IMG/VR virus record: IMGVR_UViG_3300032218_000317
Location: 1 to 35,768 of that record
Direction: 5' to 3' (one strand)
DNA length: 35,768 nucleotides
Source of the DNA: a virus
Lineage: Duplodnaviria; Caudoviricetes
The first letter of the stretch is position 1, and each line of letters starts with the position of its first letter. Positions 25,520 through 35,259 of this stretch are shown here, one piece after another. Both the position numbers and the translations under genes were made by a program. The notes beneath the pieces were generated by a model. The model did no database searches, was not told the origin of the DNA, and saw only the letters and a list, made by a program, of their open reading frames with translations.

Positions 25520-25550
25520 TTTGAATCCCCTTTAAAACATTGATAAATTG

Positions 25551-25662
25551 ATGCAGTAGGTTAGAACGCTTTTAATTGTTAGGCAACTGACTCGAATACT
25601 TCCGTGATTGCTTTTACCCCTACTAGTGGGTTTCTTTAAAAGTCTAATAAAACCTACTGCAT
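25551..25662 (-). ncRNA. Candidate structured 5' leader/sRNA with a 12-bp closing stem
   Basis: ATGCAGTAGGTT (25551-25562) and AACCTACTGCAT (25651-25662); internal helices; begins 6 nt after a TACAAT -10 box. Confidence 0.6.
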
Positions 25663-25809
25663 GACTAAATTGTAGCGTAAAACTACATTAATACATTAGG
25701 ACAAACCCTAGTTTTAGTAAATAAATTAAAAGTGTTGTATTTGTGCTATATTGCGTTCAATAGAATCAATGACTTATGTTTTTTGATAACTGTTTTATAT
25801 AGAAATAGA

Positions 25810-26238
25810 ATGGAAAACTCCAAACCTATGACAAAAAGTTATAACAATTTGACTGTCAATGAAGATGGTTCAAGCGTCAAAGCCTCCAAATATCCTGGAT
25901 TAACTAATGCTGGTAAAGGTAGACCGCCAGGAACACCCAATAAAGTCACAAACATAGCCAGAGAAGCCATAGCCAAATTCGTAGATAAGAATAGTCCTAG
26001 GATGCAGCATTGGCTGGAAGAGGTTGCTTCTGGAATCCCTAAGACTGATAAAGAAGGCTGCATTAAATACGATAAGGATGGCAATGTCCAATGGATAGTT
26101 CAACCTAATCCCGAGAAAGCCTTTCTCATGCTTCAAGCCGTAATGGAGTATCACTTGCCTAAGCTAGCTAGGACTGAAATGGTAGGGGATGAAGAGAAGC
26201 CGCAACGCATGGTCATATCTTGGAAGCGTCCAGAATGA
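25810..26238 (+). CDS. terS: Terminase small subunit (putative)
   Basis: KGRPPGTPNK motif, EY..PKLARTE..G; overlaps the terL start; start codon uncertain. Confidence 0.7.
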   Translation: MENSKPMTKSYNNLTVNEDGSSVKASKYPGLTNAGKGRPPGTPNKVTNIAREAIAKFVDKNSPRMQHWLEEVASGIPKTDKEGCIKYDKDGNVQWIVQPNPEKAFLMLQAVMEYHLPKLARTEMVGDEEKPQRMVISWKRPE

Positions 26239-27581
26239 GTGAGGCAGTCCTAGAGGTTGAAATGGAGTATTGCCCTCGTAAGGTATTTGAGGACTTTCAC
26301 GATAGAAAAGAACGCTGGTCGGTAATCGTAGCCCATAGGCGGTGCGGTAAGACTGTTCTATGTATTAATGACTTAATCTATAGGGCATTGATAGATGATA
26401 AAGAGAATGGACGCTATGCCTATGTAGCACCTTACTATGCCCAATCTAAGACTATCGCATGGGATTACCTAGTCAGGTTCTCTCAGCCTGTCCTAGCGAA
26501 GGCTAATCAGTCCGAGTTATGGGTAGAACTAATCAATGGCGCAAGAATCAGGCTATTCGGTGCAGACAATCCAGATGCCTTACGGGGTCTATACCTTGAT
26601 GGGGTCGTATTGGATGAGTATGCAGACATGAAGCCTAGTATCTTCGGTGCAGTCCTTCGCCCTTTACTATCAGACCGCAAGGGGTGGGCTACATTCATCG
26701 GAACTCCAAAGGGTCATAACAGCTTCTGGGAAGTCTACAACAACGCTACTAAAGATAAAGACTGGTATGTAAAGGTATTAAGGGCTAGCCAGACAGGGCT
26801 ACTAGAACAGGCGGAACTAGATGATGCCGCCAAGACAATGACCCAAGACCAATACCTTCAAGAATTCGAATGTGACTTTGAATCTGCAATCCTAGGCGCT
26901 TACTACGGCAAGGAAATGAGGCAGTTGACTGACCAGGGCAGGATTAGGGAAGTCGAGTATGACCCACTATTCCCTGTCCATACTGCTTGGGATTTAGGAT
27001 ACTCAGACGACACTGCAATATGGTTCTTTCAGGTCGTGCATGGCGAAATTAGATGTCTAGATTATCACTCATCTAATGGACAGCCTGTCGCTTTCTACGC
27101 TGGAATTATCCAGAACAGGGCAGACGAAAGGGGGTATGTCTACGGGACTCATTGGTTACCTCATGACGCTAGGGCCAAGACCCTGTCTTCTAATCGTTCT
27201 GTAATCGAACAACTTGGCGATAAAATCCCTTTAAAGACAATCAAGATTGCGCCTAATTTAAAGCTTCAAGACGGCATACAGGCAAGTCGTTTAGCACTTA
27301 CCAGGGCATGGTTCGACCACAAGTGTAATGACGGCATAGAGTGTCTACGCCAGTATCAAAGAGAATATGATGAAGATAAAAAAGTATTCAGGGATAAGCC
27401 TCGCCATGATTGGACTTCTCATGGTGCTGATGCTTTTAGATACCTTGCGTTAGTTTGGAAAGACGAAGCGAAGATTGTCACTCACGATGAACCGATACGG
27501 GGGGTATTTGTCGGGCAAACGGATGTTAGCCTTAACGACTTATGGAAAGAAACTAAGGTTAAAACTGATAAAAGAATATAA
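26235..27581 (+). CDS. terL: Terminase large subunit
   Basis: HRRCGKT Walker A, LRG..DGVVLDE Walker B, IGTPKG, WDLG..D and H.ADA nuclease motifs. Confidence 0.95.
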   Translation: MSEAVLEVEMEYCPRKVFEDFHDRKERWSVIVAHRRCGKTVLCINDLIYRALIDDKENGRYAYVAPYYAQSKTIAWDYLVRFSQPVLAKANQSELWVELINGARIRLFGADNPDALRGLYLDGVVLDEYADMKPSIFGAVLRPLLSDRKGWATFIGTPKGHNSFWEVYNNATKDKDWYVKVLRASQTGLLEQAELDDAAKTMTQDQYLQEFECDFESAILGAYYGKEMRQLTDQGRIREVEYDPLFPVHTAWDLGYSDDTAIWFFQVVHGEIRCLDYHSSNGQPVAFYAGIIQNRADERGYVYGTHWLPHDARAKTLSSNRSVIEQLGDKIPLKTIKIAPNLKLQDGIQASRLALTRAWFDHKCNDGIECLRQYQREYDEDKKVFRDKPRHDWTSHGADAFRYLALVWKDEAKIVTHDEPIRGVFVGQTDVSLNDLWKETKVKTDKRI

Positions 27582-27636
27582 AAGAGGTAAAATAAGCCAA
27601 CATTTCGCCAAAATATTCAACATTTAGGGCAACTCT

Positions 27637-29904
27637 ATGGCAAACGATAAAGCAACTGTTAACCACACCTATGAAGATTGGTATAAAACCATCATGGGTT
27701 ACGAACGGACTTATAAGCGCTGGGAAGCTAGGGCAGACCGAATCGTAAAAAAATACAAAGATGACAGTCGTTACGATAGAAACCCTAATGCTAGATTTAA
27801 TATTCTTTGGTCAAATGTTCAAACAATCCAACCTGCAATCTTTGCCAGACTACCTCGCCCTGATGTAAGCCGTAGATTTAGAGATAACGACCCTATTGGT
27901 CGTGTCGCTTCTATGATGTTGGAAAGGGCTTTAGAGTTTGAAATTGAACATTATGGCGACTATAAGTCCGCTATGAACAATGCGGTGCTAGACCGCTTAT
28001 TAGGTGGTCGTGGTGTTAGCTGGGTTCGTTATGAACCGCATATCGTTGGTGAAACTTCTGATGAACCCGAAGACGGCTATGAAGTAACCGAAGATGCTGA
28101 CGAAGCAGAGACCGAAGGCGCAGTAGAAACCGAAGACCAAGAACGCATTGAATATGAGTGCGCACCTGTAGACTATGTGCATTGGAAAGAATTTGGTCAT
28201 AGCCCTGGCGCACGCACATGGGAAGAAGTAACCTGTGTATGGCGTAAAGTCTATATGTCTCGCCCTGCCCTAATTGAACGCTTTGGCGAAGAATTAGGCG
28301 GCAAAATTCCTCTTGATACCAAACCTGCAGACGACAAGAATTCATACAAGCCTGACGAAGGTCAATATGAGGCAGTAATCTATGAAATTTGGGATAAAGA
28401 AACAGGTGATGCCCTGTGGTTATCAAAGTCTTTAGGAAAAATCCTTGACACTGTTAAAGACCCACTCCAATTAGAAAATTTTTTCCCTTGTCCTAAGCCG
28501 TTATATAGCACTTTAACGACTGATAGCCTTGAACCAATTCCTGATTTTGTAATTTACCAAGACCAAGCACGAGAACTCGATGTTCTGTGCGACAGAATTG
28601 ACGGCTTGATTAACGCTTTGAAAGTCAGAGGTGTCTATGACGCTTCCGCTACCGAATTACAGCGTCTGTTCTCCGAAGGCGAAAACAACACAATGATTCC
28701 AGTTTCTAACTGGATGGCTTTTGCTGAAAAACAAGGCATGAAAGGCGCTATTGATTTAGTTGATTTAGCACCTTTTGCAAGCGCTTTGATGTCTTGCTAC
28801 CAAGCAATGGAACAAGTTAAAGGCCAAATCTATGAATTGATGGGTATTGCCGACATTCAGCGTGGTCAAACTGACCCTAATGAAACTCTTGGCGCACAAA
28901 TCATCAAATCTAACAACGCTGCTGGTCGTCTAAAGACGATGCAACACTCCGTTGTAGATTTTGCTACCAGCTTATTGTCCATTAAAGCGCAAATTATCTG
29001 TAATCATTTTACTGATGACACGCTTATTAAGATTTCTGGCGCTATGCAACTGTCTGAACAAGACAGACAGCTTATTCCGCAAGCAATTGCCCTGTTAAGA
29101 GACGAAGCAGCTAAGAATTTCCGCATTGAAGTCACTTCTGACTCAATGATTTACCAAGATGAACAGCAAGAAAAAGCCGATAGAACTGCATTTTTGGCGG
29201 CTGTTGGTCAATTCGTCTCAATGGCGCTTCCTGCTGCTACCCAAGCCCCAGAATTAACCCCAATGTTGATGGAAATGTTGAAATTTGGCGTAACTGCGTT
29301 TAAAGCTGGTAAGCAATTAGAGGGAATTATTGACCAAACTGCTGATGATATGAAAAAACAGTTTGAAGCTAGCAAAGGTCAACCAAAACAGCCTCCTGTT
29401 GAGATTCAAAAAGCGCAAATGGATGCACAAACCAAGATGCAGCAGCTTCAAATGCAAGCCCAGCTTGAACAAGCAAAGCTTCAGGGTCAAATGGAGTTGG
29501 AAAAAGCTAAACAAGAGTACCAAGCCCAAGAAAATCAGCTTAAATTCCAATTGGAAGCACAGCGTAATCAAGCAGACCTTGAAATGCAGTCTCGTGTAGC
29601 CCAAATGAAGATGATGACCGAAAGAAACACACAAGTGTTGCTAGCACACATCAACAATGGCGCAAAAATTGAAACTGCACGCATTTCTGCTGGCGTTGAT
29701 GACGGAACTGAAGCCTATATGACTGAAGAATCTATGGCGCACGCTATGGAACATCCAATGCAGCCGATTGCTAACGCTATTGGTCAAGGAAACCAGCAAA
29801 TGGCCCAAGCTATTAGCGCTTTAGTTGATACAATTAATGCACAACATAACCGCCCTAAGACAGTAGTTCGAGGCGCTGACGGCAAAATTATCGGGGTTCA
29901 ATAA
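27637..29904 (+). CDS. Portal protein (P22-like, long Gln-rich C-terminal barrel)
   Basis: 755 aa directly after terL, with a coiled-coil C-terminus. Confidence 0.85.
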   Translation: MANDKATVNHTYEDWYKTIMGYERTYKRWEARADRIVKKYKDDSRYDRNPNARFNILWSNVQTIQPAIFARLPRPDVSRRFRDNDPIGRVASMMLERALEFEIEHYGDYKSAMNNAVLDRLLGGRGVSWVRYEPHIVGETSDEPEDGYEVTEDADEAETEGAVETEDQERIEYECAPVDYVHWKEFGHSPGARTWEEVTCVWRKVYMSRPALIERFGEELGGKIPLDTKPADDKNSYKPDEGQYEAVIYEIWDKETGDALWLSKSLGKILDTVKDPLQLENFFPCPKPLYSTLTTDSLEPIPDFVIYQDQARELDVLCDRIDGLINALKVRGVYDASATELQRLFSEGENNTMIPVSNWMAFAEKQGMKGAIDLVDLAPFASALMSCYQAMEQVKGQIYELMGIADIQRGQTDPNETLGAQIIKSNNAAGRLKTMQHSVVDFATSLLSIKAQIICNHFTDDTLIKISGAMQLSEQDRQLIPQAIALLRDEAAKNFRIEVTSDSMIYQDEQQEKADRTAFLAAVGQFVSMALPAATQAPELTPMLMEMLKFGVTAFKAGKQLEGIIDQTADDMKKQFEASKGQPKQPPVEIQKAQMDAQTKMQQLQMQAQLEQAKLQGQMELEKAKQEYQAQENQLKFQLEAQRNQADLEMQSRVAQMKMMTERNTQVLLAHINNGAKIETARISAGVDDGTEAYMTEESMAHAMEHPMQPIANAIGQGNQQMAQAISALVDTINAQHNRPKTVVRGADGKIIGVQ

Positions 29905-32381
29905 TGGCTATTAAGGTCACGCATAGTAAGGTTTCAACGATACCTGACGGAGACGACTCGTCTTTAATCCGCCCAAGTGATTGGAATAGCGACCATACTT
30001 TAGTTGGTCTTGGCACAATGGCAGAACAAAATGCCAATTCCGTAGCAATTACAGGTGGCACGATTAGTGGCGTAGCAGTTACAGGTTATGTACCAACAAC
30101 TGAAACCATTACGGCTGGAACAGGTCTTACTGGTGGCGGTGACTTGTCCGCTAACCGTACAATTGCCCTAGCAAATACTGCTGTTACAACTGGAACTTAT
30201 GGCAATGCCGCAAGAACCATTACACAGACTGTTGACCAACAAGGTCGTCTTACAAACATATTTGACCAGCCGATTGCTATTGCCAATACCCAAGTTTCAG
30301 GACTTGGTACTGCGTCAACTAAAGACGCTGGTGTAGCGTTAGGAGTAGCAACGCTAGATTCTGCTGGCAAAGTACCGCTTACACAAATACCTGATTCAAT
30401 CATTGGTGCGTTAAACTACCAGGGTACTTGGAACGCTTCAACAAATACACCTACATTAACTTCATCCGTTGGAACTAAGGGTTATTACTATGTTGTCAGC
30501 GTTGCAGGTACAACTAATTTAAATGGCATTACAGATTGGCAAATTGGCGACTGGGCTGTATATAACGGCACAGCTTGGCAAAAAATTGACAATACTGATG
30601 GCGTAACCAGCGTAAACGGCTACACAGGCGCAGTTGTATTAACTCAGTCTGACATTAGTGGCACAGTCCCTACTAGCCGAACAATTACTGCTGGAACAGG
30701 TTTAAGCGGTGGTGGTGATTTATCTGCAAATCGCACTTTAGCTATTGCAAACACAGGCGTAACAGCAGCAACTTATGGTTCTGCAAGTTCAGTACCTGTT
30801 GTAGCTGTAAACGCACAAGGCCAAGTAACTAGCGCAACAAACACAACTATTGCCATTGCCAATACACAAGTTAGCGGTCTTGGCACAATGTCCACACAAA
30901 ACGCTAATAGCGTAACAATTACTGGTGGTTCATTAAACGGCACAAATATTGGTGGAAGCGTAGCTGGCGATGGTACTTTTGACATCCTTACAGCCAATGT
31001 TTCAAGACTTGGCACATCAACAGCGACTTCTTATGTAGCAAGCAATGGTTTATCCTCTACTAGCACTTTTACAGGTAGCGCCCCAACAGATGGCATAGTT
31101 GTTGACTATTCAACAGGCTATGGTCGTTTTAGCGCATTTACTGGCGATGGTTACCAATGGTACACAGGTGGCATTGGCACTACCAAAATAATGGATTTGT
31201 CATCTAGTGGCGCATTAGTCACTAATGGCACAGTAACAGCTAATGGCGTTGTATTAACAGGCAATACAGGAACAGTTACAAGTATTACTGCTGGTACAGG
31301 TTTGTCAGGTGGCACGATTACGACTAGCGGAACTGTAGCCCTTGCAAACACAGCCGTAAGCGCTGGTTCTTATACAAACGCCTCGTTAACTGTTGATGCA
31401 CAAGGTCGTTTAACTGCAGCTTCTAGCGGTACAACGCCTGTAACATCGGTAGCGGCAACAAGTCCTGTAGTTTCTAGCGGTGGCACAACTCCAACGATTT
31501 CAATGGCAGCCGCCAATACGACCACAAACGGTTATTTGACTTCTACCGATTGGAACACATTTAATAATAAACAACCTGCTGGTAGCTATTTAACTTCAGT
31601 AACGGCTGATGCGCCTTTGTCTGGGTCAGGTACTTCAGCAAGCCATTTATCCATTCCAGCCGCAACAACAAGCGTAAATGGTTATCTGACAAGCACAGAT
31701 TGGAACACTTTTAACGGCAAAGCCCCAGCCGTAACTTACACAACCAATTACATTCCTTTTGGTCAAGGCACTACAACGCCTAACCAATCAGCTAATTTGC
31801 AATGGGATGGTTCAACAATGCGTGTTGGTTCTGCTGCTTTATTAGGCGGAACAACAAATCCGATTGTTGGCATTACTGGCGGTTCAAGCAATTACATTCA
31901 GGGCTATATCTATAACAGCACCAATGGCGCAAGTTCATCTGCTGACCTAGTTGCTTACCCAAATAACGGTACAGATGCGCATGGCTGGGTAGATATGGGC
32001 ATTACTTCCCAAACCTATGCAGATGCAACTTATACTGTAACTGGCCCTAACGAAGCTTATTTGTTTGGTTCTGCCCCAAGCGGTGCAGGCAAAACAGGTA
32101 ACTTGGTTTACGCAACTGATTCCACAGGTTCAGCTAATGCCCATCAATTCTATGTAGGTGGATTTACGCAAGCCAAATCCGCATGGAAAGCACAGATTGA
32201 TACCAATGGTTTATCAGCTACTCAGTTAAATGCTACAAACGGCATTATTGTTAATAGCAAAACAGTATCGGCAAGCTATTCAATTCCTAGTGGTTCTAGC
32301 GCAATGTCAACAGGCCCTATGACAGTAGCTTCTGGTCAAACTGTAACTGTAGCTAGTGGTTCACGCTGGGTAATCCTATAG
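29904..32381 (+). CDS. Long repetitive fibre protein
   Basis: Thr/Ser/Gly-rich; repeats TITAGTGL.GGGDLSANRT, IAIANTQVSGLGT, NGYLTSTDWNTFN; ends ..SGSRWVIL. Confidence 0.8.
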   Translation: MAIKVTHSKVSTIPDGDDSSLIRPSDWNSDHTLVGLGTMAEQNANSVAITGGTISGVAVTGYVPTTETITAGTGLTGGGDLSANRTIALANTAVTTGTYGNAARTITQTVDQQGRLTNIFDQPIAIANTQVSGLGTASTKDAGVALGVATLDSAGKVPLTQIPDSIIGALNYQGTWNASTNTPTLTSSVGTKGYYYVVSVAGTTNLNGITDWQIGDWAVYNGTAWQKIDNTDGVTSVNGYTGAVVLTQSDISGTVPTSRTITAGTGLSGGGDLSANRTLAIANTGVTAATYGSASSVPVVAVNAQGQVTSATNTTIAIANTQVSGLGTMSTQNANSVTITGGSLNGTNIGGSVAGDGTFDILTANVSRLGTSTATSYVASNGLSSTSTFTGSAPTDGIVVDYSTGYGRFSAFTGDGYQWYTGGIGTTKIMDLSSSGALVTNGTVTANGVVLTGNTGTVTSITAGTGLSGGTITTSGTVALANTAVSAGSYTNASLTVDAQGRLTAASSGTTPVTSVAATSPVVSSGGTTPTISMAAANTTTNGYLTSTDWNTFNNKQPAGSYLTSVTADAPLSGSGTSASHLSIPAATTSVNGYLTSTDWNTFNGKAPAVTYTTNYIPFGQGTTTPNQSANLQWDGSTMRVGSAALLGGTTNPIVGITGGSSNYIQGYIYNSTNGASSSADLVAYPNNGTDAHGWVDMGITSQTYADATYTVTGPNEAYLFGSAPSGAGKTGNLVYATDSTGSANAHQFYVGGFTQAKSAWKAQIDTNGLSATQLNATNGIIVNSKTVSASYSIPSGSSAMSTGPMTVASGQTVTVASGSRWVIL

Positions 32382-32857
32382 TGTTTCAAACTGCTTTTCA
32401 ACCTAGTGCGTTTCAAAATAACGCATTTCAGATTGTCATCACTCCTGTTAACCCAAAGCAGGGTGGTGATGATGCGTCTTGGACACCAGAGGAAAGAAAG
32501 CGTTATAAAGCGCTTCAGAAAAAGCTAAGACAGGCCGAAGCAAAACGCATTGAAGCATTAAAACTTGACCAACAGTCAAGAAAGCAAACTATTGCTGATT
32601 TGGTAGACCCACCAAAAGTAAGCAAACGCAAACAAAATAAAGTAGAATCCAATCAAGCAGTTAGCGTTGATACACCGTCACAGCTAGCAAATATAGACAG
32701 GTACATCGCTAATCTTGTAAAACAACAGCAAGACTTGCAAACCGCAGTAGCAATGAGGGCAGCAAAACTCCGTTTAGAACAGGAGTTGGCAGTCTTAGAA
32801 GCAAAGCGGCAAGCAGAATTAGACGATGAAGAGGCCCTATTAGCACTAATACTTTAA
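32381..32857 (+). CDS. Hypothetical protein (N-terminal FQ repeats, coiled coil, ends DDEEALLALIL)
   Basis: GTG start overlapping the fibre gene stop; 158 aa. Confidence 0.7.
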   Translation: MFQTAFQPSAFQNNAFQIVITPVNPKQGGDDASWTPEERKRYKALQKKLRQAEAKRIEALKLDQQSRKQTIADLVDPPKVSKRKQNKVESNQAVSVDTPSQLANIDRYIANLVKQQQDLQTAVAMRAAKLRLEQELAVLEAKRQAELDDEEALLALIL

Positions 32858-33747
32858 ACCCAAGAGAACAGTTTGCTTTAGCTTATAAGCACTTACACGC
32901 TGGCAGATATGAACAAGGTTTCAAACTATTTGAATACCGTTGGCATCCTGAAGTTATTGCGCAAGAACCAAGCCCAACAAAACCAGCGTTAAAAATGCCT
33001 GTATGGCAAGGCGAATCTTTATTAGGGAAAACCATTACTGTTCAAGTTGAACAAGGTTTTGGCGACATTATTCAATTTGCCAGGTTTTTACCAGCGCTTA
33101 AAATATTGGGCGCTAAAAAGGTTGTGGTTTTGCAAGAATCCACATTACATTACCTTTTGGGCCAAATTGACGCTGTTGATGTCTTTACCAATCAAACAGA
33201 TGAAGGCGAGGCTACCGAGTCCGATTACTGGATTGGCTTGATGTCTCTTCCTTATTACTTATCTTTATCCCATCCTTTAGCTAAAAATCTATTCCCTGTA
33301 ACACCTAAGAAAATAGTGGCTTCTGAAGGATATTTGCACGCTATTCCAAGCAATATTCCGCCAAAAATTGGTGTGAACTGGGAAGCCTCTAAACAAATTC
33401 TTTATTACATTAAATCCATTGATATGCACGAAATGGAAAAGTTAGTGGGCCACGATGCTTACAGCTTAAATCCTAAAACTGATGGATTGTTTAATTCTTT
33501 GCCTGATGACGGTTGGAAGCAAGATTGGTCAAAAACCGCCTCGCACATGAAAGCCATGAAAGGCATTGTTACTGTAGACACAGGCACAGCCCACCTTGCA
33601 GGCGCATTGGGCGTGAAAACGATTGTATTGCTACCTAAAGAAGAATATGTTTGCTGGCGTTGGAAAAACGCACGATGGTATGACTCTGTAGTGGCATTAC
33701 GACCCAATGAATACGACAAAATCTCAGAACTAATAAGGAGAATGTAA
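32854..33747 (+). CDS. Glycosyltransferase (GT9/heptosyltransferase-like, TPR-associated type); start uncertain
   Basis: W.GE.L.GK.I.V..EQG.GD.IQFARF and TVDTGTAHLAGALG motifs. The frame is open from 32830, but the first ATG is at 32995. Confidence 0.8.
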   Translation, partial: LNPREQFALAYKHLHAGRYEQGFKLFEYRWHPEVIAQEPSPTKPALKMPVWQGESLLGKTITVQVEQGFGDIIQFARFLPALKILGAKKVVVLQESTLHYLLGQIDAVDVFTNQTDEGEATESDYWIGLMSLPYYLSLSHPLAKNLFPVTPKKIVASEGYLHAIPSNIPPKIGVNWEASKQILYYIKSIDMHEMEKLVGHDAYSLNPKTDGLFNSLPDDGWKQDWSKTASHMKAMKGIVTVDTGTAHLAGALGVKTIVLLPKEEYVCWRWKNARWYDSVVALRPNEYDKISELIRRM

Positions 33748-34124
33748 TGAATATCTGTCCTAAATGCGGATATAGCGAAGGTAATCATATTGCAAAAAAA
33801 CAACAGTCTGACAAAGATTATTACCTTGAATTTTGGGGGTATACCTTGGGTAGCCCAGAAGCCGAGGAAGCTTGGAAAGAAAAGCAAGAAATGACCGCAA
33901 GAGAAGCACCTATGGTTATGTCTGATATTGAAGGCTATGTAAGCCAGGTAGACGGCACATGGATTAAAAGCCGTAGCCACCATAGAAGCCATTTAAAACA
34001 GCACCGAATGATTGAATTGGGCAACGATGTACCAATGCAACACGCAAAAATAGACATGAGTAGCAAGTCTAAAGAAGCAAGAAAGCGCCAGATTGCAGAA
34101 TTGGCATACGAAAAACTTAGATAA
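33747..34124 (+). CDS. Phage hypothetical protein
   Basis: CPKC; MSDIEGY.S..DG.WI.SR..HR.HLK.H...ELGND. Confidence 0.7.
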   Translation: MNICPKCGYSEGNHIAKKQQSDKDYYLEFWGYTLGSPEAEEAWKEKQEMTAREAPMVMSDIEGYVSQVDGTWIKSRSHHRSHLKQHRMIELGNDVPMQHAKIDMSSKSKEARKRQIAELAYEKLR

Positions 34125-34145
34125 CCTGATAACTTAGGAGAACCC

Positions 34146-35219
34146 ATGTCAGAAGAACAATTAGACCGTAGAGAACTATTAATGCAAGCTATGGAAGCTG
34201 CAGAGGAAGGCGAACTTGAAGCACCAATCGAAAAAGATATTGAGGTGGTTGAAGACGATATTGCCGCAGAATCCGCTAAAGAGAAAGCTAGCGAAGAAGT
34301 TGGCGAAGAACTTGCCGAAATCGTTGAAGAATCTGAACCTGAGATTACGCATGAAGAGGCGGAGGCTGCAGCAGAAGAAGTAAAGCCTGTTCAAAGACCT
34401 TCTACATGGAAAAAAGAATATGTCCAAATTTGGGACAAAATGGAAAAAGGCGAACAAATTAGTAAGGAAGACTTTACTAAATTTGCCGAATATGCCAATC
34501 AGCGTGAGTCCGAATACAAAAAAGGCGTAAGCACTTATAAGGCTGAGGCTGACCGTGCTAGAGACTTAGAAAACGCTATTGCACCATTTATTTTAGAACT
34601 GCAATCCCAAAATATTAGCCCATCTGCATGGATTAATAATCTTGGTCGTGCGCACATGATTTTGACAAAAGCACCGTATAACGAAAAAGTGCAAATGTTT
34701 CAACGACTTGCACAAGATTATGGTATACAATTAAATGGTGAGGGTCAATTTGCAGCACCACCGCAAGTTGATGCTTACACTCAACAATTGATGAACCAAC
34801 TAAACATGGTTAATCAAGAGGTCTCAACCATTAAAAGCCGATTCCAACAAGAGGAAAATCAGCGTTTAATGAGTGAGATTGAAAGAGTCAGAAGTGATGT
34901 GGAGAAATACCCTCACTTTGATGTGGTCAGGGAAGAAATGGCGCAATTACTTGAGTTAGGAAAAGCCCAAGACCTAGAAACGGCCTACAAGAAAGCCGTG
35001 CGTATGAATGACGATGTATGGGCATTGGAACAGGACAGACTCCTGAAAGATGTCAAACAAGCGACAATCAAAGCACAGCAAGTAGCGAAGGCTAAGGCTG
35101 CAGCAGTAAGTCCTAAATCCGTTACACCTAGCGGAAAAGTGTCTGAACCTGGAGATAAAAAGGATAGACGGTCTCTATTGTCCGAACAATTAGGCGAGGC
35201 AATGAGTCGTAGGGTTTAA
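34146..35219 (+). CDS. Capsid scaffolding protein (putative)
   Basis: Very acidic N-terminus, helical body, directly before the capsid gene; AGGAG RBS. Confidence 0.75.
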   Translation: MSEEQLDRRELLMQAMEAAEEGELEAPIEKDIEVVEDDIAAESAKEKASEEVGEELAEIVEESEPEITHEEAEAAAEEVKPVQRPSTWKKEYVQIWDKMEKGEQISKEDFTKFAEYANQRESEYKKGVSTYKAEADRARDLENAIAPFILELQSQNISPSAWINNLGRAHMILTKAPYNEKVQMFQRLAQDYGIQLNGEGQFAAPPQVDAYTQQLMNQLNMVNQEVSTIKSRFQQEENQRLMSEIERVRSDVEKYPHFDVVREEMAQLLELGKAQDLETAYKKAVRMNDDVWALEQDRLLKDVKQATIKAQQVAKAKAAAVSPKSVTPSGKVSEPGDKKDRRSLLSEQLGEAMSRRV

Positions 35220-35259
35220 CAGGCCAATTTTGGCAATTTTTTAACTAAGGATAATAATC

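Noticed and set aside
32852-32859. prfB-like +1 or TTTAAAC -1 frameshift into the glycosyltransferase
   Set aside because: A +1 shift at CTT-TAA hits a stop about 11 codons later, and the T-TTA-AAC heptamer is phased in the GT frame, not the upstream frame.
1452-34457. Many antisense or nested ORFs in the track (e.g. 1724-2146, 9242-9652, 15237-15485, 24445-24759, 28016-28426, 33459-33992)
   Set aside because: They overlap better-supported genes or RNA elements and lack an RBS or recognisable motifs.
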